Part shown: piece after piece, positions 20,961-35,419 of the stretch
Numbering within the stretch: the stretch's first letter is position 1
Layout of the letters: each line of letters starts with the position of its first letter
IMG/VR virus record: IMGVR_UViG_3300032267_000867
Location: 1-57,441 of that record
Length of the DNA: 57,441 bases
From: a virus
Lineage: Duplodnaviria; Caudoviricetes
Direction: 5' to 3' (one strand)
Program-made: the position numbers and the translations under genes
The notes under the pieces: model-generated
Told to the model about the DNA's origin: nothing
What the model saw: only the letters and a program-made list of their open reading frames with translations
Databases searched by the model: none

Positions 20961-21455
20961 TCAGCCCCATACCCAGTTGCCCAGGTCGTTTTCCAATCGC
21001 CAGAAGCCCCTACCGTTTTCTAGCACAATCATAGCCCATGTGGCTATCTCCCCGAAGCCAGGATCGGGCGCAACAGGAAACGGACCCACTGCGTATTCTC
21101 GGCTGATCGGCAAGTTGACCACCCAAGAATAGTCGCGCCCTAGCAACGTGTTCACGCTGATGCGGACCCTGTAGAGCCGCCCCGGAACGCCGCCTGTGAA
21201 ATCCATCCGAATAATGCCGAGGTCCATCGACACATAAGAAATGGCCAGTTCGCCCGCGCCGGAAGGTGCTACGCTAATTTGAAGGCTGGAAATTTCATCG
21301 CCGCTTCGATAGATCGCGGCCACCGCGTCCAGATAATAATCAAGCTGCTGATTGGCCTCGCCCATCGGCCATTGCAAATAAATACGTCCGCTGGGATTTA
21401 TCGTGACCATTCTGGCCACGAATGGGGTGACATTAAATGGGGATGGATTGGGCAT
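20961..21455 (-). CDS. Fibre-tail adaptor protein
   Basis: LDYYLD...GGVPGRLYRV; paralogue of 23106..23504; Trp-rich C-terminus. Confidence 0.6.
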   Translation of the reverse strand: MPNPSPFNVTPFVARMVTINPSGRIYLQWPMGEANQQLDYYLDAVAAIYRSGDEISSLQISVAPSGAGELAISYVSMDLGIIRMDFTGGVPGRLYRVRISVNTLLGRDYSWVVNLPISREYAVGPFPVAPDPGFGEIATWAMIVLENGRGFWRLENDLGNWVWG

Positions 21456-21456
21456 T

Positions 21457-22443
21457 TTACCAGCCGACGGCGATGTAGCTTTGAGTCGCAGCTACGTTAG
21501 AGAGCCATTCGCTTCCATTCCAATACACAGCCCACCCTTGATAGCTGCTGGCAGTTTTACCGGAAACAGCGTGAAGGGTGGGGCGCCCGCTCCCCCAAGT
21601 AGGGCTGTTGGCCGAGCCTTCGCAAACCACCACCTGAAAGCATGCGTTAGGGAAGGGCGCGTTGAAAGTGACTGTGTTGGGGCTGTTCGCAATGTCAATA
21701 TTGCCCCACTTGATGATGAGGCCGCTTGGCAACGTGGCGGTGCCCGGAGTGGAAATGAGCGTGGCCGGGAATTGCCCTAAATTCACCGCATTAGCGTTGG
21801 AGACGGCGGAAGCCACGCTGAATAGCTGCGCAGCGGAACCTGCCAAATTGGCTTTCGTTGCGGCGATACCCTGCACAAAAGCCGTGGTGGACAACCGCGT
21901 TGAATTGTCGGTCGAGGTCTGCGTGGTAGCGGTTGGGTTGCCGGTGAAAGCTGGGCTGTTCAGCGGGGCTTGAGCAGCCCAGGACGCCGTTGCAGCATTG
22001 CCTGAACCTGTGCAAATCCAAACAAGATTGTTGCTGCTATCCCAAACCATAGAAGGAGGCAGCCCAGCAGCAGAAGCTGCGCCAGCCACGTTGCCATTTG
22101 GGTTGCCTGCATAGACAACCATTTGAGATAGGGCATTGAGCGTGCCTTTAGTGATCAAGTTTTGAATGATAGAACCGGAAGCCCAGCTTTGTGGGTCGGT
22201 TCCTTCTTGAGCGCGTTGAATTGTAAATGTGTCGCCGGAGACCGCCGTCACTTTAACAATCTCAGGGTTTACGCCCGGGGTTGGGGTCGCGGGCGAAAGC
22301 GTCGCCAAAAAATATTGATATGCGGAATTTGGCACCGGGAATTCCGCGCCCGTCCCGGCGGAAAGCGTGACCGAGGTTGCGTTGTAGGCGATGGCGCCTA
22401 CCGTGACGGAAGACGCATTGTTTGCCCAGAGAAGCTGGCTCAT
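21457..22443 (-). CDS. Tail fibre protein
   Basis: EIVKVT...[19 protein letters not shown]...TTAFV, and C-terminal [10 protein letters not shown] fibre motifs. Confidence 0.8.
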   Translation of the reverse strand: MSQLLWANNASSVTVGAIAYNATSVTLSAGTGAEFPVPNSAYQYFLATLSPATPTPGVNPEIVKVTAVSGDTFTIQRAQEGTDPQSWASGSIIQNLITKGTLNALSQMVVYAGNPNGNVAGAASAAGLPPSMVWDSSNNLVWICTGSGNAATASWAAQAPLNSPAFTGNPTATTQTSTDNSTRLSTTAFVQGIAATKANLAGSAAQLFSVASAVSNANAVNLGQFPATLISTPGTATLPSGLIIKWGNIDIANSPNTVTFNAPFPNACFQVVVCEGSANSPTWGSGRPTLHAVSGKTASSYQGWAVYWNGSEWLSNVAATQSYIAVGW

Positions 22444-22694
22444 TTTGCCCTCATCGGAACGCAGTTAGGAACGGTTTTGCCGTCCTTTTCTTTAGTGCCA
22501 AATGCTTCATAGCCCGCCCAACAGGGTTTTCCTGCCCGCACGGAATCCATATAGGAATGGATGGCATCAGGCTTTGGTGCGCCAGCGGTGCGCAGCGCGA
22601 TGGCTACCGCCTGCTTCTGCGGCTTACCGGCTTCCATCTCGCGCTTGATGTTGCGCGAAATGGTCTCTTGGCTTTTGCCTTTTTCAAGTGGCAT
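22440..22694 (-). CDS. Small basic protein, putative internal virion protein
   Basis: [16 protein letters not shown]...KQAVAIAL fused to a CWAGY...[11 protein letters not shown] motif. Confidence 0.65.
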   Translation of the reverse strand: MPLEKGKSQETISRNIKREMEAGKPQKQAVAIALRTAGAPKPDAIHSYMDSVRAGKPCWAGYEAFGTKEKDGKTVPNCVPMRAK

Positions 22695-22700
22695 GGCGGT

Positions 22701-23093
22701 TCACCACGAAAATGCTGTGAAAAGATGGCCAGATGTCGCGGCATTCGCCTTGAGCGTGACGCCGGTCGCTAGGGCCGGGAGCGAGTAAGACGCCCCAGGC
22801 ACCAAGGTAAGCGTGCCGCCGTTGGCTGCCGCGTCGGTTGATCCGGGCGTGCCGACGAAGCTGATGTAAAGATTCTCAACCGGGTCGATGTCCTGCGCCG
22901 CGACGCTTGCGGGGTTGGAAATCGTGCCGCCCGAAATCGGGCCGGTCAGCACCGTGACCGCCGTGCCGCCCGTGGTGATGGTAGTGACGGGCGCGACGAC
23001 GGGCGTGTAGCCAGCGCCGTCATTGCCGGGCGCAATCCACACCGGAATGGCAGCCGCCGGGTTGCTCTGGTCATTGGGGTAGGATTGCGACAT
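22701..23093 (-). CDS. Hypothetical virion protein
   Basis: GAGG RBS; beta-rich A/G/T composition; in the structural module. Confidence 0.6.
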   Translation of the reverse strand: MSQSYPNDQSNPAAAIPVWIAPGNDGAGYTPVVAPVTTITTGGTAVTVLTGPISGGTISNPASVAAQDIDPVENLYISFVGTPGSTDAAANGGTLTLVPGASYSLPALATGVTLKANAATSGHLFTAFSW

Positions 23094-23105
23094 CGGTTGA
23101 ACCTC

Positions 23106-23504
23106 TCAGGTCGAAATGGGAGTGCTATAATATGGCGATGGCGGCGGGCCGGGCGGAACCACTAAGGTGTTATAGCTGATTAGCAAGTCGATGAAGAACG
23201 AGAATTCACGCCCCGATACACAATATACCTTGACGTTGACGCTATATAAGCGCCCCACGACACCGTTCGCCAGCCAAACCGCCACTACGCCATTGGCGTA
23301 GGTGATTTCATTTGCCGCTAGTTCCCCATCGCCCGACGGCGCGACGGAAGCAGTGGCATAATCCACCGTGTCCTCCGCGTCGGCCAGGACGGCGGAAATG
23401 TCCAGCGAATAATCCAGGCTGTCATCAGGCTCCGAAACCGGCCAGACATACCTAGGCTGCCAGGGCGGAACGATGCTGAGCAATCTGTTATCCGAAACGA
23501 TCAT
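23106..23504 (-). CDS. Fibre-tail adaptor protein (paralogue)
   Basis: LDYSLDISAVL...NGVVGRLYSV. Confidence 0.6.
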   Translation of the reverse strand: MIVSDNRLLSIVPPWQPRYVWPVSEPDDSLDYSLDISAVLADAEDTVDYATASVAPSGDGELAANEITYANGVVAVWLANGVVGRLYSVNVKVYCVSGREFSFFIDLLISYNTLVVPPGPPPSPYYSTPIST

Positions 23505-23650
23505 TCAGGCGCGGCCAATTGCTGATCGCCTTGCGCCTTGATGGCAGCAATAGCGTCAGCGGATTTGTAGAAAGGCAGTTCGCCCAGCAGCGCGAGAAGC
23601 TGGTTGACCTGTCCAACGGTGAAGGTGAGCGTGATTTGCTTGTCGTCCAT
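23501..23650 (-). CDS. Small protein after the tailspike (49 aa, not in ORF track)
   Basis: MDDKQITLTFTVGQVNQLLALLGELPFYKSADAIAAIKAQGDQQLAAPE; GAGGA RBS, ATGA overlap. Confidence 0.7.
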   Translation of the reverse strand: MDDKQITLTFTVGQVNQLLALLGELPFYKSADAIAAIKAQGDQQLAAPE

Positions 23651-23664
23651 TTTGTCCTCTTGGA

Positions 23665-27801
<4,137 letters not shown>

Positions 27802-27810
27802 TGATGCACC

Positions 27811-28515
27811 TCAAACTGGATCGTTGTTCCAAGTCACGAGAGCCGTGCTTGTGTTTTCCCAGTCAACGATGGCGTTGCTGGTGTTTTCCCAGTCCACCGT
27901 CGTCCCGGGATCGTATGTCGTAAAATTAGACGTGTATTGAAATGGCGTTTCCGCCGCCCCGCTTGCGATGGCGGCGATGAGAATGTCAGCTTGCGGCGAA
28001 GCGGGCATGGTGATGTTCACGTTGTTGCCAGCCGAGAACGTCACGCCAATGTCGTAGGTTTGGGTTATGACCGGAGAAATTCCGTCCGCGCCATATAGGA
28101 AACGAACAATCCGGCGCTTAAGCCAGGATATGTTGAAAACTTTCCCGTCGCCCTTATAAAAATGCCACGTCAGCAGCCGCTTATAAATGTCGTCGGTGGT
28201 GTTGTAGTTTGAGGCTGCGGTTGATTCCTGCGTGTTCAGCGGAACGAAGAAATCGGGACCGTAGGTGTTGACCGGGCCAATCACGCTTGCCGCAACTGCC
28301 GGAATTGTTGGGCGAGGATATCCGTAAACGCCGCGCCCCACCCAGTCGAGCAGCGCGCCGGAAAGTTTGGTGTAGACCGGCAGATTAAGCTGGTTGAAGG
28401 TGTTGACGTAGCTTTGCGTGATTTGGTTGTAGGACGCCACGAAGGCTTGCAGATCGTCATCGTCCGCGTATTGCGTGTAGAGATATGACGGAATGGTTTT
28501 TTGCAACGTGGTCAT
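27811..28515 (-). CDS. Baseplate wedge protein (DUF2612-like)
   Basis: GALLDWVGRGVYG, TDDIYKRLL; follows the baseplate J gene. Confidence 0.7.
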   Translation of the reverse strand: MTTLQKTIPSYLYTQYADDDDLQAFVASYNQITQSYVNTFNQLNLPVYTKLSGALLDWVGRGVYGYPRPTIPAVAASVIGPVNTYGPDFFVPLNTQESTAASNYNTTDDIYKRLLTWHFYKGDGKVFNISWLKRRIVRFLYGADGISPVITQTYDIGVTFSAGNNVNITMPASPQADILIAAIASGAAETPFQYTSNFTTYDPGTTVDWENTSNAIVDWENTSTALVTWNNDPV

Positions 28516-28521
28516 GTGGCG

Positions 28522-29943
28522 TCACCCCTGCACGATGCTGATGGCGGTGACGTTGGTTAGGAAATAGCTTTCGGGATCGCCCGCGATGATGCCCGTGCCC
28601 GCATCCGGAGCTGTTAACACACCGTCGATGGTAACGGCGAACACCATACGAGTGAGGAAAGCGGTCGGCAAAATGGACGCGGTCGCAATCTGATAGGCGT
28701 TTTGCAATTCAAACAGGTTCATCGGAGCGCCTACCGCGATGCTGTTGATGTAGTTTGCTAGCGCCGTCGCGCCCAGCGCGGCCATGGACGAAGCCGAAAC
28801 GCTGTTCAGGGAATTTGTGTTCCACGTCAGCGACACCTCCACGTTTTGCGCGGGAGGAACCACGAACGGGATGGAATAGGTGTTTGGATAGTCGTTGATC
28901 GTGATAACTTGATTGCGCGCGTTCGGGGTCAGAACGCCGCCGCCCGTGTATGTGGTCCCGGTAGCATTGAACACTACGCTGAAAGTGGTGTTGCTGATCC
29001 GTGTCACACTAAGTGTTTGATTTATGCCCGTTATTCCGCCCGTTCCAGTCACCCCACTAATTGTAGTGGTATCGCCGGTTGTCAATCCGTGGTTGAGGTC
29101 GGTTGTTATCACGGCGGGAGACGTAGCCGAGATTGCAGAGATTGACATCGTGGAACCAACGAGGTTGCTGATATCAAAAAGCGCCGTGTAGATGGCGTAA
29201 GCCACTTGATACGGATCGCCGCCGCCCACAATGATTTCCCAGGACGAGCCGCTTGGCACGATGGAAATAAGCCGGGGCTGCACGCCCGGGACGTTGGCCA
29301 GCAGCGTCTTGAGATAGCGCGGCATGCCCTGCGATGCCGCCAGACCGGCTTGCAGCACCTGAGCGCGATAGCTCTCCACCGACTGCGCACCTGCGCTGGG
29401 CGTGCCCGGCAGGGGGTTAGTGACCGTCAAGGTGATCGTTGATGGAACCGAGCTTGCCAGCGCCGTCACGGTGTTGGCCGGAACCGCCCAGGAACCCGCC
29501 GTGGTGGCGAGGCAGTAGAGCGACGGAGTTACGCCGCCCGCACCGATGATGCCGCCATCCTGCACGGCGTATTGATATGTGCCGTCGGAAACCACGAAGC
29601 CAATCGGAATGATGAAGCCGGGCGTGCCGGTGAACACCACATAGACGGATGTGTTGGTAGCCTGCCCCTGCTGCACGCCATAAATCTGGCCGAGTTGGTT
29701 CAAAATGAATTGGTTGGCGCCGTATGGCGTGACGGAATTCACCAGTTCGACCAAGGCCGAATTGCAAAGCAGAATCGCCGCCACGTCCGTGCTGCTGATG
29801 TCTTCGATCAGCGTGCCAGGAAGGTTTGCAGTGTAGCCGGGGTTGGTCGCCACGACGTTGGCGATAAGTTGAGCATGCACCTCCGCTGGGACGGCGGGGA
29901 TCATCCCAGCCGGGCCGAGAACGATGGGGATGGTTCCGCTCAT
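28522..29943 (-). CDS. Baseplate J/gp47-like protein
   Basis: LNQLGQIYG, FTGTPGFIIP, ESYRAQV; position in module. Confidence 0.8.
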   Translation of the reverse strand: MSGTIPIVLGPAGMIPAVPAEVHAQLIANVVATNPGYTANLPGTLIEDISSTDVAAILLCNSALVELVNSVTPYGANQFILNQLGQIYGVQQGQATNTSVYVVFTGTPGFIIPIGFVVSDGTYQYAVQDGGIIGAGGVTPSLYCLATTAGSWAVPANTVTALASSVPSTITLTVTNPLPGTPSAGAQSVESYRAQVLQAGLAASQGMPRYLKTLLANVPGVQPRLISIVPSGSSWEIIVGGGDPYQVAYAIYTALFDISNLVGSTMSISAISATSPAVITTDLNHGLTTGDTTTISGVTGTGGITGINQTLSVTRISNTTFSVVFNATGTTYTGGGVLTPNARNQVITINDYPNTYSIPFVVPPAQNVEVSLTWNTNSLNSVSASSMAALGATALANYINSIAVGAPMNLFELQNAYQIATASILPTAFLTRMVFAVTIDGVLTAPDAGTGIIAGDPESYFLTNVTAISIVQG

Positions 29944-30275
29944 ACCGGCACACTCATAGCCATTTTGACACCCTGGTTGTTCGTCACACTGACATTATAC
30001 GTCGGCGTGGTGGATTGCACTTTGGTGATTTGCAGCGCGGCGAAATAGGGCGAGAACCGCTGCTGCATTAGCGCGACATAAAAATCGGGGAATATTTGCT
30101 GCAACACGCTTTGCTGCGCTGGAATTCCCCAATTGCCCCAAAAGGGGCTTTCGTTAATGCTCAGTTTCAAGCACTGCACCAGCGCCGTCACATACACATA
30201 GTCGTTTTGCCCATCGGCGGAGGTCTGCACCTCCATCCATTGGTTGGTTTTCGGATCGCGCCCATACACCCGCAT
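29940..30275 (-). CDS. Baseplate wedge / sheath initiator (gp25/gp46-like)
   Basis: LKLSINESPFWGNWGIP; synteny. Confidence 0.65.
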   Translation of the reverse strand: MRVYGRDPKTNQWMEVQTSADGQNDYVYVTALVQCLKLSINESPFWGNWGIPAQQSVLQQIFPDFYVALMQQRFSPYFAALQITKVQSTTPTYNVSVTNNQGVKMAMSVPV

Positions 30276-30871
30276 CAGACGACGTTGCCCGTGTTAGAAC
30301 CGCCCGACTGCACGCCGCTGTGTTTGTGGGTCAGGAAGACCCGGCCATCAATCTTCACTCCGCCGCTATCAATCACGATTGAGTGCCCCCCGCAGGAAAG
30401 AGTGATGGACGATGGCGTTAGGGTTATCACGCTTGCACCGCTGTCGTCCTTGATGACGCAACCGTTTGGCCCTGTGATATTATAGGCGTTTGCGTCCACC
30501 GTTGGGAAGGACGTATTTGCGAGTGGAAAGAATACCAAGGCCGAAAGGTTGGGCGGTGGCTGGTTATAGGTCGCCGTGCCAGTGCCAAGCCCCGTAATGC
30601 CGTCGAGGTAGGCGTCAGCCGACATCACGAAGCCCTTGTCGCCCACCTGGGTCGGCGGGCGAGCGTAGCGTGAAATCGCTTGCGGCACCTCAATTTGCGG
30701 AAACGTGATCGGGCCGTTGAGTTCAAAATTGACCGTCACCATGCCCTTGTTCACCGCCACCACCGAAACCGGCAGCGCCTGTCCAAGCTGCTGGATTTGT
30801 GCGTCGATTTCGGTGCGGGTGTAATTGACGATGCCGCGAGCGAAAGGCGTGGTTTGTGAGTTATTGGCCAT
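30275..30871 (-). CDS. Baseplate central spike (gpV/gp138-like)
   Basis: OB-fold-like N-terminus, beta repeats, C-terminal THKHSGVQSG HxH apex. Confidence 0.8.
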   Translation of the reverse strand: MANNSQTTPFARGIVNYTRTEIDAQIQQLGQALPVSVVAVNKGMVTVNFELNGPITFPQIEVPQAISRYARPPTQVGDKGFVMSADAYLDGITGLGTGTATYNQPPPNLSALVFFPLANTSFPTVDANAYNITGPNGCVIKDDSGASVITLTPSSITLSCGGHSIVIDSGGVKIDGRVFLTHKHSGVQSGGSNTGNVV

Positions 30872-30886
30872 GAGCCGCCTTCGCAG

Positions 30887-31963
30887 TCATTGGTTTGGTC
30901 CTTGAACGCCGCCAGCGGCGGTTGGAATGAACGAGCAGGTCACAACCGTAACCCACGAATTTGCATCGGGCTGCCGGAAGTTTCCGACGTGTCGAAGCTC
31001 AATAATGTTAAATGTGCCTTGCTGCGTGGATTGAAAGCGATAAGGAATTGGAACCGTCGGATCGCCCGGTTGAATGCCGTAAAAACGGCCTTTTGGCAAT
31101 GTGATTTCAAATCCAACTTGCAAATCGGCTCGCATTGGGCATTTAAATTGAATTGTGTTTGGCTGAATCCATGTTGGCTGGCCAATCAAATCCAAATACG
31201 AAATATCAACCCGCTTGATGGTTGTTGTTCCGTCATAAACAAGCACGCCATTATTTGGCGTAATGGTCATGTTTACGCCAGGATAATTTTCGGTCGTCAC
31301 AAGCTGCTTTGATAGCGTTTTAATTGTTTGAGCAAATTCGGAAAAAGAACGCGATACAAAATTGCGCGGCCCCGAAGAAAGAATGGTGCTTATGCGAATT
31401 TCGCGTGTGAAATTAGGCAATGCTGCGGCCAGCGTGTTTTCTATAGCCACTCTCATGCTCATGCCTACAGGCATGTTAAAATGAAAATCAATTGGGGCGG
31501 TTGGGGAGCCAAGCGGGGGCGCTGTATTATTGGTGGCCGCTGTTGGCTGTTGCGCAGCCGTTGTGGCTGTTCGCGTTTGCGTTGGCGGGCTTCCTGGCGA
31601 TATGACCAAATTCATGGTCATATTAGTGCCAATCCAATTTCCGTAAGACTGCAAAATATAACCGTTGATGATTGGTCCAGATTGTTTTTCTGAAGCTTGC
31701 GTGGCCAGCGGCAAGCCGGGCTTAAACCCAGCTTGAACGGAAATAAGTTTGTTATTCAAGTTGTTGGCGTTGCTGATATTTTTAATGGGAATGCCCCATA
31801 TTTCCATCATTGCCGCGCCAAGGGGTATTGCAAGAGCAGTAACCGGCACATCAAAAACCACATTGAGCGCGCCCGGGTCATTTTTACCGTTGAACCAGCT
31901 TGTGTATATTTGCTTTTTGTCTGCGTTCGTGGGGTCAGTAATGGTGATTTCATAGAACCTCAC
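30887..31963 (-). CDS. Baseplate hub protein
   Basis: VQAGF...GPIING, DLIGQPTW, HVGNFRQPD; synteny. Confidence 0.7.
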   Translation of the reverse strand: MRFYEITITDPTNADKKQIYTSWFNGKNDPGALNVVFDVPVTALAIPLGAAMMEIWGIPIKNISNANNLNNKLISVQAGFKPGLPLATQASEKQSGPIINGYILQSYGNWIGTNMTMNLVISPGSPPTQTRTATTAAQQPTAATNNTAPPLGSPTAPIDFHFNMPVGMSMRVAIENTLAAALPNFTREIRISTILSSGPRNFVSRSFSEFAQTIKTLSKQLVTTENYPGVNMTITPNNGVLVYDGTTTIKRVDISYLDLIGQPTWIQPNTIQFKCPMRADLQVGFEITLPKGRFYGIQPGDPTVPIPYRFQSTQQGTFNIIELRHVGNFRQPDANSWVTVVTCSFIPTAAGGVQGPNQ

Positions 31964-32451
31964 GGCGTCACCTCAAACACTCTATTTTGCGGGCGATAAA
32001 TGAGTGTGGATGTCGTGAAATAACCCGCCGCAAGGTTAATGTTGTATTGCACCGATCCGAGCGTGGAGACTTCCCCGGGAAAGGAATTCAGAGGGAACGT
32101 GAATTGCGTGTCGTTGATGATCTTGCAAGCAAACGTGCCGTTGTAGGCATCCGGCGCCATGCCCGAAAGAGTGAGGTTGATGATAGAGCCGACTTTATGC
32201 TCATGAGGTGTTGCGACAGTGATGGTCGCATTGTTCGGTTCCCACGTTGCAGCTTGCACGTTGATGCCAGCGGGCGAACCAATAAGCGGAAGCGAGAAAA
32301 CAAGGTTGCCGCCAAGCGTTCTGCACGTCACATAATACCGCTGGCCGAAAAGAGACCACGGAATAGTGATGATGTAGGTGGTGCCATCCAAAGTAGGTTG
32401 GAAGGTAAAGACTTGCGTGTTGGACGGCGTGAATTCCGTATAGGTGGTCAT
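31960..32451 (-). CDS. Baseplate plug-like protein with inserted beta domain
   Basis: FTFQPTLDG, WSLFGQRYY, NLAAGYF. Confidence 0.6.
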   Translation of the reverse strand: MTTYTEFTPSNTQVFTFQPTLDGTTYIITIPWSLFGQRYYVTCRTLGGNLVFSLPLIGSPAGINVQAATWEPNNATITVATPHEHKVGSIINLTLSGMAPDAYNGTFACKIINDTQFTFPLNSFPGEVSTLGSVQYNINLAAGYFTTSTLIYRPQNRVFEVTP

Positions 32452-33158
32452 TGGTTCGGTCCTTGGACGCCAGCAGGTAGATTGGTGCCCTGAGAAGCCG
32501 GGACGGATGTTGATGGAACACCGCCAGGGGTTGCGTTCAACGATCCGTCGGACGGCAATTGGCTTGTCGCGTTGCTCATGAACGTATTTTGTGCGGCTTC
32601 AGCTTCTTGTAGCGTAATGAGGGGCTGCACAAAATCCCATTGCCATGTGTTTTGCGGAATCGGGCTGTCGCCACCACTGACATCCGTGAGGCCCGTCAGG
32701 ATGCAATTGGTATAAAAGCCTGCTGGGGTTGCGACGATGTATGTTCCGCCCAGGTTTGCGTGATCCTTGAGCTTGGATTGAAGCAGCACCATCGTGGCCA
32801 GTTTCGCCGTATGGCCACCCGACTTGTTGACCGGGATAGACATTTTCATGGAAATGGTAAGCGGCTCACTGATGATCGCGTTTGCCGCTACCGACTGGTT
32901 GGCGAAAGGATACTGGCCAATAGCAAAATTAGCCAACTTGCCCCCTGGAACAGGGGAGAAGTGCGCAAAAAACCTATCGGGGTTAAACGGGCTTTTACCA
33001 GCCAAGACGGTAACGAGAAGATTTGGGCCTTCCGTCAAAATGATAATGGGCATCATGCCGCCAGGAAAATTGCTGGCGATGCCTTGCACCAAAATGATTG
33101 GCGTAAGCTGGAACCCGATCTGATAAATGGACCGGCCAATGGTGTCGAGAATGCTCAT
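32448..33158 (-). CDS. Tail tube initiator / baseplate protein
   Basis: Directly after the tape measure gene; YPFANQSVAANA, VATPAGFY, WDFVQPL. Confidence 0.6.
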   Translation of the reverse strand: MSILDTIGRSIYQIGFQLTPIILVQGIASNFPGGMMPIIILTEGPNLLVTVLAGKSPFNPDRFFAHFSPVPGGKLANFAIGQYPFANQSVAANAIISEPLTISMKMSIPVNKSGGHTAKLATMVLLQSKLKDHANLGGTYIVATPAGFYTNCILTGLTDVSGGDSPIPQNTWQWDFVQPLITLQEAEAAQNTFMSNATSQLPSDGSLNATPGGVPSTSVPASQGTNLPAGVQGPNQ

Positions 33159-35107
33159 CCGTAATACCCCGGAGCGCCGAGCGAAGCCGACGTGTTAATG
33201 ATGTTGCCGCCCGTGTTGTCGTTGATAACTATATGAACCGCCTGCCCAGGGCGAGCCGAAAGCACCTGCCTTCCAGGCTGTCCTTCACCACCGGTAAACT
33301 GTCCGGAAAAACGATCCCGCCATTGGCCTGCCGTCAGATTTTGCAAGTAAGGATTTGCAGCAATAGCATCCGCGCTGAGCAATTGGCTCATCGGCATATT
33401 GCCCGGAGCATGCATTACCGCTGCACCTCCAGAAGCACCAAAATGCCAGCCTGCGTAAAGCGCGAGGTTAGATGGAGAAACGCCTGCGCGCTGCAATGCG
33501 GGCGCAAGATCAAATTGCGCATGCGCTTCCGCCATCTGGCGCGAAAAGAGAGGGTCGGTGCGCAGCGCAAGGATTTGCTCATTTGACAATCCGGCAATGC
33601 GCGAACCGCCAAACCGCTTTGCAACACTAAGCCACGTTGCCGCCGTAAATTGATGCGCGCCCGTAGCCGAGGAAAGCGGATTGCGAGCATTAGGATTGCC
33701 GCCGCTTTCAGCGCGCGTCATTTGGTCGATGAAAGAGCCGCCGCCAGATTCTTTGCCTTGAAGGTCTTTGGGGTCTGGAATATCGCTGTTATCATACAAT
33801 CGAAAACGATGAGACCCTACGCGCGGCGGCCCTTCTCCGGGCCGGGGGTTAATACGGGGCTGCTCTCTGCTTGGCCTATCACCTTCGGGCGCGGTTTCCA
33901 CCCGGCCCAACATGCCCATTATCCAATCATAAAGGCGCCCCAAAGCCTTGAATGGCATGGACAGATATTCGATGAACGTAAGCACTGAAACAGCCGCATC
34001 TTTCATGCGGGTCGCCATTACGCCAACTTGCTCAATAAATTCAGCAAGTGCAGATTTAGTTTCATCTGTCGATAGAGTTCTTGCAAAATTGTTAATCCAA
34101 GTTGCAAATGAATTTAACCCTTCACGAAAGGTTGGGCTATTTAATGCTGATTTTGCAAGATTAGTGAAAGCTTCAACTATGTTGGCAAGAGGTTCGCGAA
34201 GCGAAGTCAGCCTTTCAATTAAGGTTGTTTTAAGCGCCTCTCCTGCGGTTCTGAGCCGTTCAAGAAAATCTTGATAGCCTCGATTTGTCTCGTTACTTCC
34301 GCCAATTGTTATTGCGTTTCTTGAGAGCGAGGTGCTAAGGCCCGCTAGTTCTTGCTCCGACATTCCGCCAAGCTGGCGAAGTTGCGACATAGAAAGGCCA
34401 AATTCGGTCAGCCCATATGATTGCGCCAAAGTGCCGCGAAGATTTTCCGGAATAGACAAATAGCGCGCACGAATGGCGCTTAAGGTTTGCGGCAAAAGCT
34501 CAAACGGATTTTTGTTGGTAATGTCTTCGTTGCTGATACCGAGCATTTGAAGCCGGTGTCTTTGACGCAGATCGTTTTGCATATCTGCGATGCTGGAAAG
34601 CGTTGGTTCTGCGCCTCCGATCCGCTCATAGGTGATGTTTGCCGCCTGAAGCTGGCCGGGCGTAATGCCAAGCCCCATTGATCTTGTGCGTTGTTGGCTG
34701 GCAGAACGCGCAAGTGCCTCAAAGCCAAACAGCCCCGTTCCGCCAGACAGCAACCCAAAAACGCTGGTTAAGGTGCTGAATTTAAGCAGGGATAGGGTTA
34801 TATCTTTCATGCCGCCCGCGATGCGCGTTGTAGCGCGGGCAACGTCAGTCAGCGAATAGCCAGTCTTTTCAACCTCGCGCCGCATTTTTTCTTGCGCTTT
34901 GGTTTGCTTTTCGATGATGTCAACCTGACGGCTCATAATGTCCGTCATTTCTTCGATAGCAGAGCCGGATTTGTTGATGGATTTGTTTGCGGCGTCCCAA
35001 GCACCGGGCAGCTTTTTTAAGGCTGTTTGATACTTGGCAAACATCTCCATAAACGCCTTGAAGGCGTCGTCGTTCACATCGACATCAATGATGCTTTTGA
35101 CCGCCAT
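33155..35107 (-). CDS. Tape measure protein with C-terminal lytic transglycosylase domain
   Basis: Helical N-terminal two thirds; AESGGNPNARNPLSSATGAHQF, YAGWHFG. Confidence 0.8.
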   Translation of the reverse strand: MAVKSIIDVDVNDDAFKAFMEMFAKYQTALKKLPGAWDAANKSINKSGSAIEEMTDIMSRQVDIIEKQTKAQEKMRREVEKTGYSLTDVARATTRIAGGMKDITLSLLKFSTLTSVFGLLSGGTGLFGFEALARSASQQRTRSMGLGITPGQLQAANITYERIGGAEPTLSSIADMQNDLRQRHRLQMLGISNEDITNKNPFELLPQTLSAIRARYLSIPENLRGTLAQSYGLTEFGLSMSQLRQLGGMSEQELAGLSTSLSRNAITIGGSNETNRGYQDFLERLRTAGEALKTTLIERLTSLREPLANIVEAFTNLAKSALNSPTFREGLNSFATWINNFARTLSTDETKSALAEFIEQVGVMATRMKDAAVSVLTFIEYLSMPFKALGRLYDWIMGMLGRVETAPEGDRPSREQPRINPRPGEGPPRVGSHRFRLYDNSDIPDPKDLQGKESGGGSFIDQMTRAESGGNPNARNPLSSATGAHQFTAATWLSVAKRFGGSRIAGLSNEQILALRTDPLFSRQMAEAHAQFDLAPALQRAGVSPSNLALYAGWHFGASGGAAVMHAPGNMPMSQLLSADAIAANPYLQNLTAGQWRDRFSGQFTGGEGQPGRQVLSARPGQAVHIVINDNTGGNIINTSASLGAPGYYG

Positions 35108-35419
35108 TCAACCCATTCCTATCCGTTTCAGCGCCGTGGAAAAATGGCGCTGGCGAAACTCAGAGACGGAATCCCACCGCCAATCATCCACATGCTTGCC
35201 GAAGAAATCATAAAATCCTTCTCCGGCCACCCACCCTAATGCGGCACTGACGAGGTGATCGTCGGCGTCTCCGAAGTCTCTTCCGTTGTCGATATCGGCA
35301 ATGATGCGGCGTATTCCGTAGAGTTCAACAATGTGGTCGATGCTCCCCACAAACGCATCCTCTCCAGAACGGGGCCGATCTCGGTCTTCCGGGACATGGC
35401 AGAGGCGCAGATAAAAAAA
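35108..35419 (-). CDS. -1 frame extension of the tail assembly chaperone (G-T-like), or a small separate gene
   Basis: Open -1 frame from T-TTT-TTT (35419-35413) to a TGA abutting the tape measure ATG. Confidence 0.5.
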   Translation of the reverse strand, partial: FFYLRLCHVPEDRDRPRSGEDAFVGSIDHIVELYGIRRIIADIDNGRDFGDADDHLVSAALGWVAGEGFYDFFGKHVDDWRWDSVSEFRQRHFSTALKRIGMG

